DNA of 64,000 nt from an uncultured Gemmatimonadota bacterium (GCA_951812955.1 OX638340.1:256001-320000); one strand, 5' to 3'. Shown: positions 47,985 through 60,968, numbered from the stretch's first letter. Notes: generated from the sequence alone by a model not told the origin. Program-made: numbers and translations.

Positions 47985-48839
47985 CTACACGCTATCCACC
48001 GCGGGGCGCGGCAGATCGGCCCAATGGCCGGTGGGATCGGATCCCTTGACGATCACGCCTTCCTTGTTCCAGTTCAGTTCGGCGCGGACGGAAGCGGCGC
48101 AGAACCTGAGCGTCAGGCCGCAGCGGCGGCGGTCCGACGTGTTGAGTCCCGATCCGTGCAATAGCAGGTCGCTGTGGAGCGAGATCTCTCCCGCCTCAAG
48201 CTCGATATCTACCTCGGTCCCGAACATCCCCACGTCTTCCACGGTCTGGTTGAGCACGTTGTTCTCGGCTTCCTCGCTCAGGTGGTAGGTCAGGTGCCCG
48301 TGGTGATGGGATCCCGCCACGAAGCGCATGCAGGCGTTGCCCGTGTCCGCATCGTCGATGGCCAGCCAGGCGGTCACCGTTTTCGACGGCGAGAGGGGCC
48401 AGAAACTGGCGTCCTGGTGCCAGTTGACGATCTTGCCGTCACCGGGAAGCTTGCAGAAGAAATGGGCGCCCCAGCCCACGACGTCGTCGCCCAGGAGGTC
48501 GCTGATGTAGGCGACGATCCGTGGCTCGTTCATGATATCGTGGACCATGCCCGATTTCAGGTGGGCCGATATGATGGAGTAATTGTGGTCCCCCCGCGCC
48601 ATGACTTTTTCGATCATGCCGTCGAATTCATTCCGTATGTCGCCGATCTCCCCATCCGAGTAGATCCTGAACGGCTTCAAGTAGCCTTGCTCATTGAACG
48701 TGTCGATCTGCGTGCTAGATAACACGGCCGGATGCTCGTTGCGTACCGGGTGGTACTGCAGGTCGCGGGACATGCGGACCAGGTCTTCCGGGGTAGGCAT
48801 CTGCTTGAAACGGGTGTCCTGCAGGGTCGTCTGCGCCAT
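47985..48839 (-). CDS. Phytanoyl-CoA dioxygenase (PhyH) family protein
   Basis: 284 aa. NWHQDASFW (HxD) and HGSG near the C-terminus. AGGAGG SD. Confidence 0.8.
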   Translation of the reverse strand: MAQTTLQDTRFKQMPTPEDLVRMSRDLQYHPVRNEHPAVLSSTQIDTFNEQGYLKPFRIYSDGEIGDIRNEFDGMIEKVMARGDHNYSIISAHLKSGMVHDIMNEPRIVAYISDLLGDDVVGWGAHFFCKLPGDGKIVNWHQDASFWPLSPSKTVTAWLAIDDADTGNACMRFVAGSHHHGHLTYHLSEEAENNVLNQTVEDVGMFGTEVDIELEAGEISLHSDLLLHGSGLNTSDRRRCGLTLRFCAASVRAELNWNKEGVIVKGSDPTGHWADLPRPAVDSV

Positions 48840-48878
48840 GGTTTTTCCTCCTGTTGGCCGTTGGCCCGATCGCCGTCT

Positions 48879-50057
48879 TCAGCCCTCGTTTTTTGTCTTC
48901 AGTATGACGTTCTCGGATTCCCTTTCCCATGTTTCGTTGTAGACCAGTGGCCTCGGTCTGCGCGGCGGGTAATCCGGAGGGGGATTATCCGGGTCGTTCA
49001 GCTCCAGGCGGTCGCGGCCCCGGGGCGCTTCGTACCAGTGTTTTTCCCGTTCGGCCGCTTCAATCTCCCTTCGGAGGATGAACTCCGCGTGATCGAAACC
49101 GGAGATCGCCGCGTCCGCCAGAAACACGCGGTGCACCTCGCGGCCGTCCCAGGTTTCCAGGTCCGGCAGGATCACGGGGCCCGTGCAGACCTGAAACTCG
49201 GCGTCTTCTTCGTTAATATTGATCAGATCCACAGGAAACTCAAGGGTAACCTGCATGTTCCGGTCCGCCCGGTCCGCCCGGTCCGCCTGGTCCGCCTGGC
49301 CAGCTTGGACTGTTTGGCTCGCCTGGCCTGCTTGACCCGTTTGACCCGTTTGACCCGCTAGGCCCGGCTGGTCCGGATCATGACAGACAGTCCAGGCGAT
49401 CCTGCCATTCATGAGATCCCGGTTGATCGTCGCGTCCACGACAGCCCGCGCGTCCGTCAGGGTTTCCTCGGAATCATACTGCCTGATATCGATTTCGTGG
49501 GCCTGGAATTGTTTTTCAAGCGGAGTACCCCTGTATTCGGCGGCCTCGTTACTCGGTCTTCGCGATATAGGGATGCTCTGACTTCGGCTAAACGCCATGC
49601 GCCATTCGTCGCTGGGAATCTGAAAGAGGTTTCGGCGGGCGATCGTGTATTCCGTGCGACACGGAGCGCCCAGGTAAATTTCGGTACGGTGTCCCGAGTC
49701 CAGGTCTTCCACGGTACAGGCCGCCTCGAGGTGGAACCGCACCTGGTAGGCCTGTCCCGGCACCCCGACAAAACCGCCCGTATACTTGTAGACCGGATCG
49801 GGTTTCCAGGGCGAGGATTTCCAGTGGAAAGAAGAGCGATGGAAAGCGATCATGGGCCTGGTCTTCGGCTTGGTCTTTGTGGCATTCGCATACCGGGCCA
49901 TCCGGGCTTGAAATGTGCTTCTCTCATTTGTACCGATTTGATGCGGCAATGTCCCAAAATGACCTATTCTACCCATGCAGGCAATACAAAACTGCGTTTC
50001 CGCCCTGCGGACCGCGACCGTGATTTTTGTTGCGAGCGTGGGGTCCGCAGGATACAT
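48879..50057 (-). CDS. Hypothetical protein with an internal 3-aa-periodic low-complexity tract (GQT/GQA/ADQ/ADR repeats)
   Basis: Long ORF with a clear stop at 48879. Start uncertain: candidate ATGs at 50057, 49976, 49901 and 49853, none with a good SD. The repeat PGLAGQTGQTGQAGQASQTVQAGQADQADRADRADR separates two non-repetitive domains. Confidence 0.35.
   Translation of the reverse strand: MYPADPTLATKITVAVRRAETQFCIACMGRIGHFGTLPHQIGTNERSTFQARMARYANATKTKPKTRPMIAFHRSSFHWKSSPWKPDPVYKYTGGFVGVPGQAYQVRFHLEAACTVEDLDSGHRTEIYLGAPCRTEYTIARRNLFQIPSDEWRMAFSRSQSIPISRRPSNEAAEYRGTPLEKQFQAHEIDIRQYDSEETLTDARAVVDATINRDLMNGRIAWTVCHDPDQPGLAGQTGQTGQAGQASQTVQAGQADQADRADRADRNMQVTLEFPVDLININEEDAEFQVCTGPVILPDLETWDGREVHRVFLADAAISGFDHAEFILRREIEAAEREKHWYEAPRGRDRLELNDPDNPPPDYPPRRPRPLVYNETWERESENVILKTKNEG
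49261..49380. repeat. 9-bp-periodic degenerate tandem repeat inside a CDS (encodes the GQx/ADx tract)
   Basis: cggtccgcc x3, tggtccgcc, ... tgacccgtt x2, tgacccgct ...; a decaying 9-mer array. Confidence 0.8.
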
Positions 50058-50080
50058 TGGAAGTACGTTTCAAGAAGCGT

Positions 50081-50142
50081 ATGACGGCGCGCAACTCCGG
50101 AAAATGACGGCGCGCAACTCCGGAAAATGACGGCGCGCAGCC
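50081..50142. repeat. Tandem direct repeat, 23 bp x2.7, upstream of aceE
   Basis: atgacggcgcgcaactccggaaa at 50081-50103 and 50104-50126, then atgacggcgcgcagcc at 50127-50142. Confidence 0.9.
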
Positions 50143-50172
50143 CTATCGTTCACATCGGTCCACGGACTGGAA

Positions 50173-52854
<2,682 letters not shown>

Positions 52855-52857
52855 CCG

Positions 52858-52897
52858 GCGTAACGCGTAACTCCGCGTAACGCGTACTCCGCGTCGG
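52858..52897. repeat. Tandem direct duplication, 16-17 bp x2 plus partial third, rich in self-complementary ACGCGT, between convergent genes
   Basis: gcgtaacgcgtaactcc at 52858-52874, gcgtaacgcgtactcc at 52875-52890, then gcgtcgg. The ACGCGT cores could pair as a hairpin. Confidence 0.85.
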
Positions 52898-52911
52898 CTG
52901 TTCAGGCGTGA

Positions 52912-53727
52912 TCAGGCGTACAAGGCGTTACTGAAGGCGCGGCGATACTGGCGCGTCGTGGGGTCGCGCTCACCGAGCAAACCGAAAATCGCCACGCAAC
53001 TCCGGCGGGCGCCGTCGTCGTCGTAGGCTCTATTCCTCTCCAGCACTTCGATGAAACGCTGCAGGGCAAGATCATATGCGCCCGACCTGAGGAATTCAAT
53101 GCCCTGGACATAGACCGGCTTGACCGGATCTTCCTCCAGACCTTCCGGCGCGTCGAGGTGAAGGAACAGGCCGGCTATGGTCCGCATGGCCTCCGCCGAG
53201 TCATGAAATTCCGTACCAGGTTCGATCGGTCCCAACAGGTCCAGGCTCCGGCCGGGGTCTTCATTCAGAATAGTGCGTGCCAGGCATACCGCCGCCTGTT
53301 CGTTGTCCGGCTCGGACGACAGGACTTCCTCGAGCAATTCGCGGGCCGCTGCCATATCTCCTTCTCCAAGACGCAGGAGCGCTACCTCCAGTTGTTGCGC
53401 GTGGGGACTCGGCAGCGCCTTTTTGAGCCACTGTTCGATCATGGGCTCCGGCAGTGCGCCCGTGAACTCGTCTCTTACCTCGCCGTCTACGAACATTTTG
53501 ACGTTCGGTATTCCCTGAATCCCGTATTGCCGGGCAATTTCCGTGTGAACTTCGGTGTTTACCTTCACGAGTTCCCACCGGTCCCGGCTGCGTTCGGCGA
53601 TGGATTCGATCACGGGTCCTAGCATCTTGCAGGGCCCGCACCATTCCGCCCAGAAATCGACCAGCACGGGGATCGTGCGGCTTCGTTCCACGACCTCTGT
53701 ATTGAAGTCCGAAACCTCGTAGTTCAT
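52912..53727 (-). CDS. Thioredoxin-domain protein with C-terminal TPR-like region (YbbN/CnoX-type chaperedoxin)
   Basis: WAEWCGPCK thioredoxin active site near the N-terminus, then a helical repeat region of about 170 aa. Confidence 0.8.
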   Translation of the reverse strand: MNYEVSDFNTEVVERSRTIPVLVDFWAEWCGPCKMLGPVIESIAERSRDRWELVKVNTEVHTEIARQYGIQGIPNVKMFVDGEVRDEFTGALPEPMIEQWLKKALPSPHAQQLEVALLRLGEGDMAAARELLEEVLSSEPDNEQAAVCLARTILNEDPGRSLDLLGPIEPGTEFHDSAEAMRTIAGLFLHLDAPEGLEEDPVKPVYVQGIEFLRSGAYDLALQRFIEVLERNRAYDDDGARRSCVAIFGLLGERDPTTRQYRRAFSNALYA

Positions 53728-53832
53728 CGCCAGTCCTCACCGGTTCACGGCGCGCTTGGTGACAAGCCGTCTGTTGACATACCTGTTGGCCGGGGTTATC
53801 TTTCGATGCGGTTTACCCGGGTGAACGGACCT

Positions 53833-54528
53833 TCATCCGTCGTCTCCGAAGAGTCTTCGTCGCGTATCGATCACGATATCGGCCATGTTTTCCCACGACG
53901 TGCGGGACGTGTTGAAAACCATGTGGTACAGCGTCGGGTCCGTCCAGTCGCGGTGATAGTTGTGCTGCAAGTACAATGCCCGCTGCCGGTCCTTCTCCTT
54001 GATGAGTTCCGCGGCCCGGTCATGCGCAAGGTTCATCTCGTCCATAATCACGTCGACTCGGTATTCGAATGGCGCGATGAACCGGGTGTGGAAGACGTTA
54101 TTGCTGTCCGACAGGATGCACTGGCTGCCGCGCCCGACGATGATGATATGTTTTCTGTCGGACAGCGAACGGATGGTATCCTGGAGGATCTGGAGGTATT
54201 CTCCCCGATCCAGAAACGTGTTCTTGAGCGAAGTGGGATCCTTCGTTCCTTCGTCGTCCCCCGGTACATAGGGCCAGATGAGCGGCGGATATTCAGGGGA
54301 CAGGGAGTAGACAGTTGTGGGGGTGAACAATTCGCCGAGAAATCGCCTGATGGTCGATTCTCCCACTTCGTCCAACTGCTCGACGACATCTTCCGAAACG
54401 CCCGCGGTATGGGCGATCTCGGCAATGAGTTCCTTGTCCACGCAATCATAGCCGAGGCGGTCCGCGATGATCTTCGCGATGTCCTTCCCGCCGCTGCCGT
54501 ATTCTCTGGCAACCGTTATGATGCTCAT
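53833..54528 (-). CDS. Cytidylate-kinase-like family P-loop protein
   Basis: MSIITVAREYGSGGKDIAKIIADRLGY is the typical CMP-kinase-like N-terminus; 231 aa. Confidence 0.7.
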   Translation of the reverse strand: MSIITVAREYGSGGKDIAKIIADRLGYDCVDKELIAEIAHTAGVSEDVVEQLDEVGESTIRRFLGELFTPTTVYSLSPEYPPLIWPYVPGDDEGTKDPTSLKNTFLDRGEYLQILQDTIRSLSDRKHIIIVGRGSQCILSDSNNVFHTRFIAPFEYRVDVIMDEMNLAHDRAAELIKEKDRQRALYLQHNYHRDWTDPTLYHMVFNTSRTSWENMADIVIDTRRRLFGDDG

Positions 54529-54593
54529 GATGGACTCCTTAGTTGCGTGCAGCCGTCGAAGGAGGCGAGTAAACCGTTAGAAAGCGCCCCGCC

Positions 54594-55442
54594 ATGCCCC
54601 TTCATGAACCGTTGGACGAGACCGCGGGCTTCCTGGGTTCGCAGGGGTTTGCAACGGCCCGTATCGGGATGATCCTGGGCACTGGATTCGGTGCTTGCGT
54701 CCAGGCAGTCGAACAGAAATCCGTTGTGCCCTACGGTTCTATCCCCCATTTTCCGGAGTCGACCGTCAAGGGCCACGAGGGCAACCTCGTCTTCGGCGCC
54801 ATGGGCGAGGCATCCGTGATTGTGATGCAGGGCCGTATCCACCTGTACGAGGGATACGACGCGAGCCAGATTGCGTATCCCCTCGAGGTGATGCGCCGGT
54901 TCGGCGTCGAGGTTCTGATCGTGACCAATGCCGCCGGTGGACTGAATCCGCGGTACGCGCCGGGGGACCTCATGGTCGTTCGCCAGCATATCCATCCCAT
55001 TGGCCGTCACATGATGGGAAACCTGACTCCAGGAACAGACCGTGATCCCTGTTACGATGAGGATTTGAGGGCATCGCTTCTACAGATTAGTATACAAAGA
55101 AATCGGTCTGTTCAACAGGGAATTTTAGCATGGATGCCAGGACCTTCTTTCGAGACCCGTGCCGAAATCTCTCTGCTGAAAACGCTGGGAGCAGATGCGG
55201 TGACCATGTCTACCGTACCGGAAGTACTGGCAGGCCGGGGGCTTGGTATGCGGACCGCGGCCGTATCGTGCATATCCAATGTCTGGACCGGTCGAACCGG
55301 CGAATCCGCAGACGTCGCCGACGTAGTGTCAACGGTTGAATCGTCGGCCGGCCTCTGTTCGGATCTGCTGGTCCGCCTGATCCGCCAGGTCCACCAGATC
55401 GGTCTGGCCGGTCGGGACCGCAGGGTGACTGGCCAACATTAA
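54594..55442 (+). CDS. Purine nucleoside phosphorylase (PNP/MTAP family 2)
   Basis: ...IGMILGTGFG...YGSIPHFPESTVKGHEGNLVFG...VMQGRIHLYEGY.... Confidence 0.85.
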   Translation: MPLHEPLDETAGFLGSQGFATARIGMILGTGFGACVQAVEQKSVVPYGSIPHFPESTVKGHEGNLVFGAMGEASVIVMQGRIHLYEGYDASQIAYPLEVMRRFGVEVLIVTNAAGGLNPRYAPGDLMVVRQHIHPIGRHMMGNLTPGTDRDPCYDEDLRASLLQISIQRNRSVQQGILAWMPGPSFETRAEISLLKTLGADAVTMSTVPEVLAGRGLGMRTAAVSCISNVWTGRTGESADVADVVSTVESSAGLCSDLLVRLIRQVHQIGLAGRDRRVTGQH

Positions 55443-55483
55443 GACGGTTGTAATTTAACATTTATAACGCAAGCGAGTCGAAT

Positions 55484-56359
55484 ATGGCCTGGTTTGAAAG
55501 AAGACAGCGGGGTTTAAACCCGCAGAAGCGCAAGGAAATCCCGAAGGGGTTATGGGTAAAGTGCGACAAGTGCGACGCCATGCTGTACAAGGCGGAGCTC
55601 GAACGGGACTTCAATGTGTGCACCCAGTGCGGGTTTCATTTCAAGATCGGCCATCAGGCGTATATCTCCCTGATCATGGACACGGACACCTTCGAGGAGA
55701 CCGACACGGATCTGCGCACCGTCGATCCGCTCGAGTTCAAGGAGAAGGAGAACTACCCGGACTACATGAAGCGGTACCAGAAAAGGACGGGCATGAGGGA
55801 GGCCGTGGTGTCGGGCACCGGCCGCATCGACGGAAGGCTCGTATCCCTGTCCATCCACGACGGTTCCTTCCTGGCCGGGAGCATGGGGTCCGTGGTCGGC
55901 GAGAAAGTGACGCGATCCATCAGAAGGTCGCTCGACCTGGAGATACCGCTGCTTGTGGTCGCCACTTCGGGGGGAGCCCGCATGCAGGAAGGCATCCTCT
56001 CCCTCATGCAGATGGCGAAGACTTCCCTCTGGCTGAACCGCCTGTCGGAGGAGAAGATCCCTTTTGTTGTCGTGATTACGAATCCGACCATGGCCGGCGT
56101 GATGGCGAGTTATGCATCGCTGGGAGACTTTACCCTGGCCGAGCCGGGCGCCATGATGGGCTTCGCCGGTGGAAGGGTGATCGAACAGACCATAGGGTCG
56201 AGTCTGCCGGAAGGATTCCAGACCGCCGAGTTTTTCCTGACCAAAGGTTTCGTGGACCAGGTCGTACCCAGGACCAGTTTGCGGGAGAAGCTGGTCACGA
56301 TCCTGGGTTTTTTCCCGGATCGGGAGAAGAAGGAAGCACAGGCAAAAGAAGCGCCTTGA
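55484..56359 (+). CDS. accD: Acetyl-CoA carboxylase carboxyltransferase beta subunit
   Basis: N-terminal zinc-ribbon CDKCDAMLY...CTQCGFHF, then the carboxyltransferase core ...GGARMQEG...MAGVMASYA.... Confidence 0.9.
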   Translation: MAWFERRQRGLNPQKRKEIPKGLWVKCDKCDAMLYKAELERDFNVCTQCGFHFKIGHQAYISLIMDTDTFEETDTDLRTVDPLEFKEKENYPDYMKRYQKRTGMREAVVSGTGRIDGRLVSLSIHDGSFLAGSMGSVVGEKVTRSIRRSLDLEIPLLVVATSGGARMQEGILSLMQMAKTSLWLNRLSEEKIPFVVVITNPTMAGVMASYASLGDFTLAEPGAMMGFAGGRVIEQTIGSSLPEGFQTAEFFLTKGFVDQVVPRTSLREKLVTILGFFPDREKKEAQAKEAP

Positions 56360-56480
56360 TGTGCCTGCCGCCAAGCAGGATGGCCCTGCCCTGTCGCCCT
56401 GTCATGAGCGGTACGATGTGGTACCGTCCCTGGACCAGTGCGCCTCTGGCGGGCTCCCAGCCTCAGGCAGCTCGCAGGCG

Positions 56481-57890
56481 CTACGATTCCAGCATGAGCT
56501 TGTTAAGTGAATCTTCGGGGACGACCGGGTAGTCTCCGCTGAAGCAGGCCGTACAATACCCCGTCCCTGACTTGCCGTATTCCTTCGCGATTTTTACCAT
56601 GCCCTCGATGGACAGGTAACCCAGGCTGTCCGCACCCAGGTATGTGCGAATCTCATCCACCCGGGTCTGCGAAGCGATGAGCTCGCCCCGGCTCTGCATG
56701 TCGATCCCGTAATAGCACGGGTGGCGGATGGGAGGACTGCTGATCCGTACGTGTACCTCGGAGGCGCCCGCGCTGCGGATGAGTCTTACCAGCTGATTGA
56801 GCGTCGTGCCCCGCACGATGGAATCGTCCACGAGGACCACCCGCCGGTTTCGCAACACGCCCTGGACCGGGTTGTACTTCAGTCTCACCGTGAACTCCCG
56901 CATGGACTGGTCCGGGTCGATAAATGACCTTCCCACGTAGTGATTCCTGATCAGGCCGATTTCGAACCGGATTCCCGAATGCTCTGAGTAGCCCAGCGCG
57001 GCTGTCGTGGCGGAATCGGGCACGGCGATGACGATATCGGCGTTCACGGGGTGCTCCTCCGCCAGCCGGCGGCCGAAACGCCGGCGGAACTTGTCGCTGT
57101 TTTCCCCGAAAACCTTGCTGTCGGGCCGGGCGAAATAAATGTATTCGAAGATGCAGGAGGCAGGTACCGCGCGATCGAAGGGAAAGTAGGACTGGATTCC
57201 GTTCTCGTCGATGACGACCATTTCTCCCGGGTTCACTTCCCTGACGTACTCCGCGTTCATGATGTCGAAGGCGCAGGTTTCCGAAGCGAGCACGTGGGCA
57301 TCCCCGATGCGTCCCAGGCATAGCGGGCGGAATCCGCGGGGATCCCGGACGCCAATGAGTTGCTTCCCGGACAGGAATACGATGGAATAGGCGCCTTCGA
57401 CGTGGCGTAAGGCGTCGGAGATCATGCCGGGCAGATCGGATTCGTTCGATCGCGCGATGAGATGAAGGACGATCTCGCTGTCGGACGAGGTGCGGAAAAT
57501 CGATCCGGACTCTTCCATCGACAGGTGGAGCGCGCCGGTATTGGTAAAATTACCGTTGTGAGCGGTGGCCAACTGTCCGCGCTTGAAGTTGACCATGAAT
57601 GGCTGTGCGTTGTCTACGTTGGATGTGCCGGTGGTGGAATACCGGTTGTGGCCGATGGCGATATGGCCATCAAGATCGGCCACGCGATCGCCGTGCTCAT
57701 AGGCTTCGCTGACCAGTCCCATGGCGCGGTGAGAATCGATATGTTCGCCGTCGGAGACGGCCATGCCGGAGCTTTCCTGGCCGCGGTGCTGGAGGGCGTA
57801 CAGGCCCAGAAAGGTCAGCTTGGCGGCGGCCGGGTCGCCATAAATGCCGAAGACACCGCACTCCTCGCGAATTTCGTCGTCTTCCCACAT
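56481..57890 (-). CDS. purF: Amidophosphoribosyltransferase (with short N-terminal propeptide)
   Basis: ...EECGVFGIYG... (Cys nucleophile after the propeptide), ...DPRGFRPL..., and the C-terminal PRTase motif VVLVDDSIVRGTT. Confidence 0.95.
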   Translation of the reverse strand: MWEDDEIREECGVFGIYGDPAAAKLTFLGLYALQHRGQESSGMAVSDGEHIDSHRAMGLVSEAYEHGDRVADLDGHIAIGHNRYSTTGTSNVDNAQPFMVNFKRGQLATAHNGNFTNTGALHLSMEESGSIFRTSSDSEIVLHLIARSNESDLPGMISDALRHVEGAYSIVFLSGKQLIGVRDPRGFRPLCLGRIGDAHVLASETCAFDIMNAEYVREVNPGEMVVIDENGIQSYFPFDRAVPASCIFEYIYFARPDSKVFGENSDKFRRRFGRRLAEEHPVNADIVIAVPDSATTAALGYSEHSGIRFEIGLIRNHYVGRSFIDPDQSMREFTVRLKYNPVQGVLRNRRVVLVDDSIVRGTTLNQLVRLIRSAGASEVHVRISSPPIRHPCYYGIDMQSRGELIASQTRVDEIRTYLGADSLGYLSIEGMVKIAKEYGKSGTGYCTACFSGDYPVVPEDSLNKLMLES

Positions 57891-58003
57891 TGGCTCGCCC
57901 CGGTTGTGTTTTCAAGAAACCCACCGACATTATACGCGCCGGCCACCACAATGTCCACCGCAATTTCACAGAATCGCCGTACTTTGTAACCGGGCCATTT
58001 TCG

Positions 58004-58032
58004 TTGACACCGCGGGTAGCGAAACCTACATT
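58004..58032 (+). promoter_or_regulatory. Candidate sigma70 promoter for ndk
   Basis: TTGACA (58004-58009), a 17-bp spacer, then TACATT (58027-58032), about 55 bp upstream of the GTG start. Confidence 0.4.
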
Positions 58033-58085
58033 GCACGTGGTTGAAATCCACTGAGTAGACCCACTTTTTCAAGGAGAATCAGTCT

Positions 58086-58547
58086 GTGGAACGAACGCTT
58101 GTCCTCATCAAGCCGGATGCCGTGCAGCGCGGGATGATTGGCCTCGTCACCGGACGTTTCGAAAGCAAGGGGCTCAAGGTCGCCGGTCTCAAGATGATGC
58201 AGCTGACCGATGGGATACTGAACGAGCACTACGGGCACCTGTCCGACAAGCCCTTTTTCCCCCGAATCAAGTCCTTCATGCAGGAAACGCCGGTAGTGGC
58301 AATGTGTCTTGAAGGCGTCGATGCCGTGGACGTCGTGCGGGGCCTTTGCGGCGTGACGAACGCGCGGCAGGCCTCCCCGGGCACGATCAGAGGCGATTTC
58401 GGCATGAGCGTGCAGTGCAACCTGGTGCACGCTTCCGATTCCCTGGAGACGGCGCGGGCCGAAGTACCCCGTTTCTTTTCCGACGCCGAGCTGTTCACCT
58501 ACGCGAAGGCGGATGACACTGTCGTCTACGCCGACGATGAGCGGTAG
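58086..58547 (+). CDS. ndk: Nucleoside-diphosphate kinase (GTG start)
   Basis: ERTLVLIKPDAVQRGMIG... and ...NLVHASDS... (active-site His). AAGGAGA SD 6 nt upstream of GTG 58086. Confidence 0.9.
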   Translation: MERTLVLIKPDAVQRGMIGLVTGRFESKGLKVAGLKMMQLTDGILNEHYGHLSDKPFFPRIKSFMQETPVVAMCLEGVDAVDVVRGLCGVTNARQASPGTIRGDFGMSVQCNLVHASDSLETARAEVPRFFSDAELFTYAKADDTVVYADDER

Positions 58548-58568
58548 TCGGCCCCACCCCGGCCAGGC

Positions 58569-60785
58569 ATGGACATTCTCACCGGTACCATCGAACGCAT
58601 CACCTACCAGAGCGAGGAGACCGGCTACACGGTCGCGCGAATGCGCGCCGAACCGGACGCCTGCCGGACTACCGAGAACCTGGCCCGCGCATCCACGCGG
58701 GACGGACTGCTGACCATAACGGGCGAACTTGCGAAAATGGCGCCCGGCGAACGCGTCGAAGTCGCCGGATACTGGGTAACCCACAAGCAGTACGGCAAGC
58801 AGTTCAAGATCGTAGATTCCAAGACGATCCAGCCCACTTCCGCGGACGGCATACGCAAGTACCTGGGTTCGGGGCTCATCAAGGGACTCGGGCCGGCCAA
58901 GGCCGCGATGATCGTCGATCATTTCGGCGAAGACACCCTCACGGTCATCGAAAAGACGCCGAACCGGCTGTCCGAAGTCAAGGGCATCGCGCGGAAGACC
59001 ATCGCCGTAATCAGATCCGGCTGGGAGGAACAGAAGCACATCCAGGAGGTCATGCAGTTTCTGATCGGTCATAACGTCAGCATGGCCTACGCGGTGAAAA
59101 TCTACAAGACCTACGGTAACGAGGCCATCAGGCAAGTCACGGAGAATCCTTACCGCCTGTCCACGGACATCTGGGGCATCGGTTTCAAGACCGCCGACAA
59201 GATCGCCATGAACCTGGGAGTCGATCCCGGAGACCCCGCCCGGGTCCAGGCCGGCATCAGGTATGTCCTGGAGACCCAGGCCGATGACGGTCATGTCTAC
59301 GTGCCCTTCGAAGCGCTCGTGGAGGAGTGCATCGGTTTTCTGGACGTGGATCCCGCCGCCATTCCGACCGGTCTTGAAGCCCTGGTCAAGGCCGAGGTCG
59401 TCCTTCGCGATGACGACCGGGTTTATCTCCAGCCTCTCTATTACGCCGAGCAGGGGATAGCGCGGAATATCGCCCGCCTGGCCGATCATCGGCGCACCCC
59501 GCCGTCCACCGGACGAATCGACGAACACATCGGGCATATAGAAAAGGAACGGGGCATCGTCTTCAACAGGGAACAGCGCGAGGCGATCCACACTTCTGCT
59601 TCTCAGAGCGTCCTGGCGATAACCGGAGGGCCCGGAACCGGCAAGACCACCTGCGTGCAGGGCATTGTCTACCTGTTCACGCGCGTGGGCGGAAAAGTGT
59701 TGCTCGCGGCGCCGACCGGCCGTGCCGCGAAACGGCTGTCCGAAGTGACCGGCGCCGAAGCAAAGACCATCCACCGGCTGCTCGAGTTCAACCCGGGCGT
59801 CATGGAATTCGGCCGCGACCAGGATAACCGGCTGGAAGCCGACCTGGTCATCCTGGACGAGTCCTCCATGGTGGATACGGTCCTGATGAACGCCCTGCTT
59901 CGGGCCGTGAAGACCTCCGCCCGCTTCATCATGGTCGGCGACGTCGACCAGTTGCCTTCGGTGGGCGCGGGCAACGTCCTCCGGGATATGATCGACGCCG
60001 GCCATGTACCAGTGGTCCGACTGACCGAGATCTTTCGCCAGGCCCTGGAAAGCAGCATCGTGATGAATGCGCACCGGGTAAACCGGGGCGAAATGCCCGA
60101 CACGAAGAACAGGAACGAGGGCGATTTCTTTTTCATCAACGAACCCGACCCGTCGGCCGGCGCGGATCGGATCGCCGAACTGTGCACGGATCGCCTGCCC
60201 CGAAGCTACGGACTCGATCCCTTCAACGATATCCAGGTGATCACCCCCATGTACCGCGGGGATATCGGCGTGGATCAACTCAACCTGAAGCTGCAGCAGG
60301 TGCTGAATCCGTCGGGGTCCTCCCTGCAGCGGGGCGACCGGGAACTGCGCGAAGGCGACAAGGTCCTGCAGACGCGGAACAATTACGGGAAAATGACCTT
60401 CAACGGCGATATCGGCCGCATCAGGCAGATCGACCCGGATGCCCAGACCGTGGACATCTCCTTCCAAGATACCGTCCGGTACGACTATGGCGAACTGGAC
60501 GAACTGATCCTGGCTTACGCCATCAGCGTCCACAAAAGCCAGGGATCCGAGTATCCGGCCATCATCCTGCCGCTCTACAGCACCCACTACATCATGCTGC
60601 AGCGAAACCTGCTGTATACCGCGCTGACCCGGGCCAGGGCGCTGGCCGTCATCATCGGGACGCCCAAGGCCCTTGCCATCGCGGTGAAGAACAACCAGGT
60701 CGTCGAGCGCTACACGGGTCTCCGGGAAGCGCTGGGCGCATCGATTGGCGACCGGACCGGGGTCCTTCCGGACCTTTCGCCATGA
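58569..60785 (+). CDS. RecD2-like ATP-dependent DNA helicase (RecD/TraA family, SF1B)
   Basis: 738 aa. Walker A AITGGPGTGKTT, ...LVILDESSMVD... (motif II), ...VGDVDQLPSVGAGNVL..., and C-terminal ...YAISVHKSQGSEYPAIIL.... Confidence 0.85.
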   Translation: MDILTGTIERITYQSEETGYTVARMRAEPDACRTTENLARASTRDGLLTITGELAKMAPGERVEVAGYWVTHKQYGKQFKIVDSKTIQPTSADGIRKYLGSGLIKGLGPAKAAMIVDHFGEDTLTVIEKTPNRLSEVKGIARKTIAVIRSGWEEQKHIQEVMQFLIGHNVSMAYAVKIYKTYGNEAIRQVTENPYRLSTDIWGIGFKTADKIAMNLGVDPGDPARVQAGIRYVLETQADDGHVYVPFEALVEECIGFLDVDPAAIPTGLEALVKAEVVLRDDDRVYLQPLYYAEQGIARNIARLADHRRTPPSTGRIDEHIGHIEKERGIVFNREQREAIHTSASQSVLAITGGPGTGKTTCVQGIVYLFTRVGGKVLLAAPTGRAAKRLSEVTGAEAKTIHRLLEFNPGVMEFGRDQDNRLEADLVILDESSMVDTVLMNALLRAVKTSARFIMVGDVDQLPSVGAGNVLRDMIDAGHVPVVRLTEIFRQALESSIVMNAHRVNRGEMPDTKNRNEGDFFFINEPDPSAGADRIAELCTDRLPRSYGLDPFNDIQVITPMYRGDIGVDQLNLKLQQVLNPSGSSLQRGDRELREGDKVLQTRNNYGKMTFNGDIGRIRQIDPDAQTVDISFQDTVRYDYGELDELILAYAISVHKSQGSEYPAIILPLYSTHYIMLQRNLLYTALTRARALAVIIGTPKALAIAVKNNQVVERYTGLREALGASIGDRTGVLPDLSP

Positions 60786-60968
60786 GATTCGGGAAAGGAA
60801 ATACACCTTGACAGTGATAAGTGGGGTCCTATCTTGTCTGACTTGGTATCCGACCATGCATGACCCTACGAGTTTTAAATAGATAACTGCCAATGCATAT
60901 AATTAGTATCTAGTTGGCGTACAGGGTGTTACAGGAATCAACCGCTGTATCCCTTCAGGGGGTGTCCG

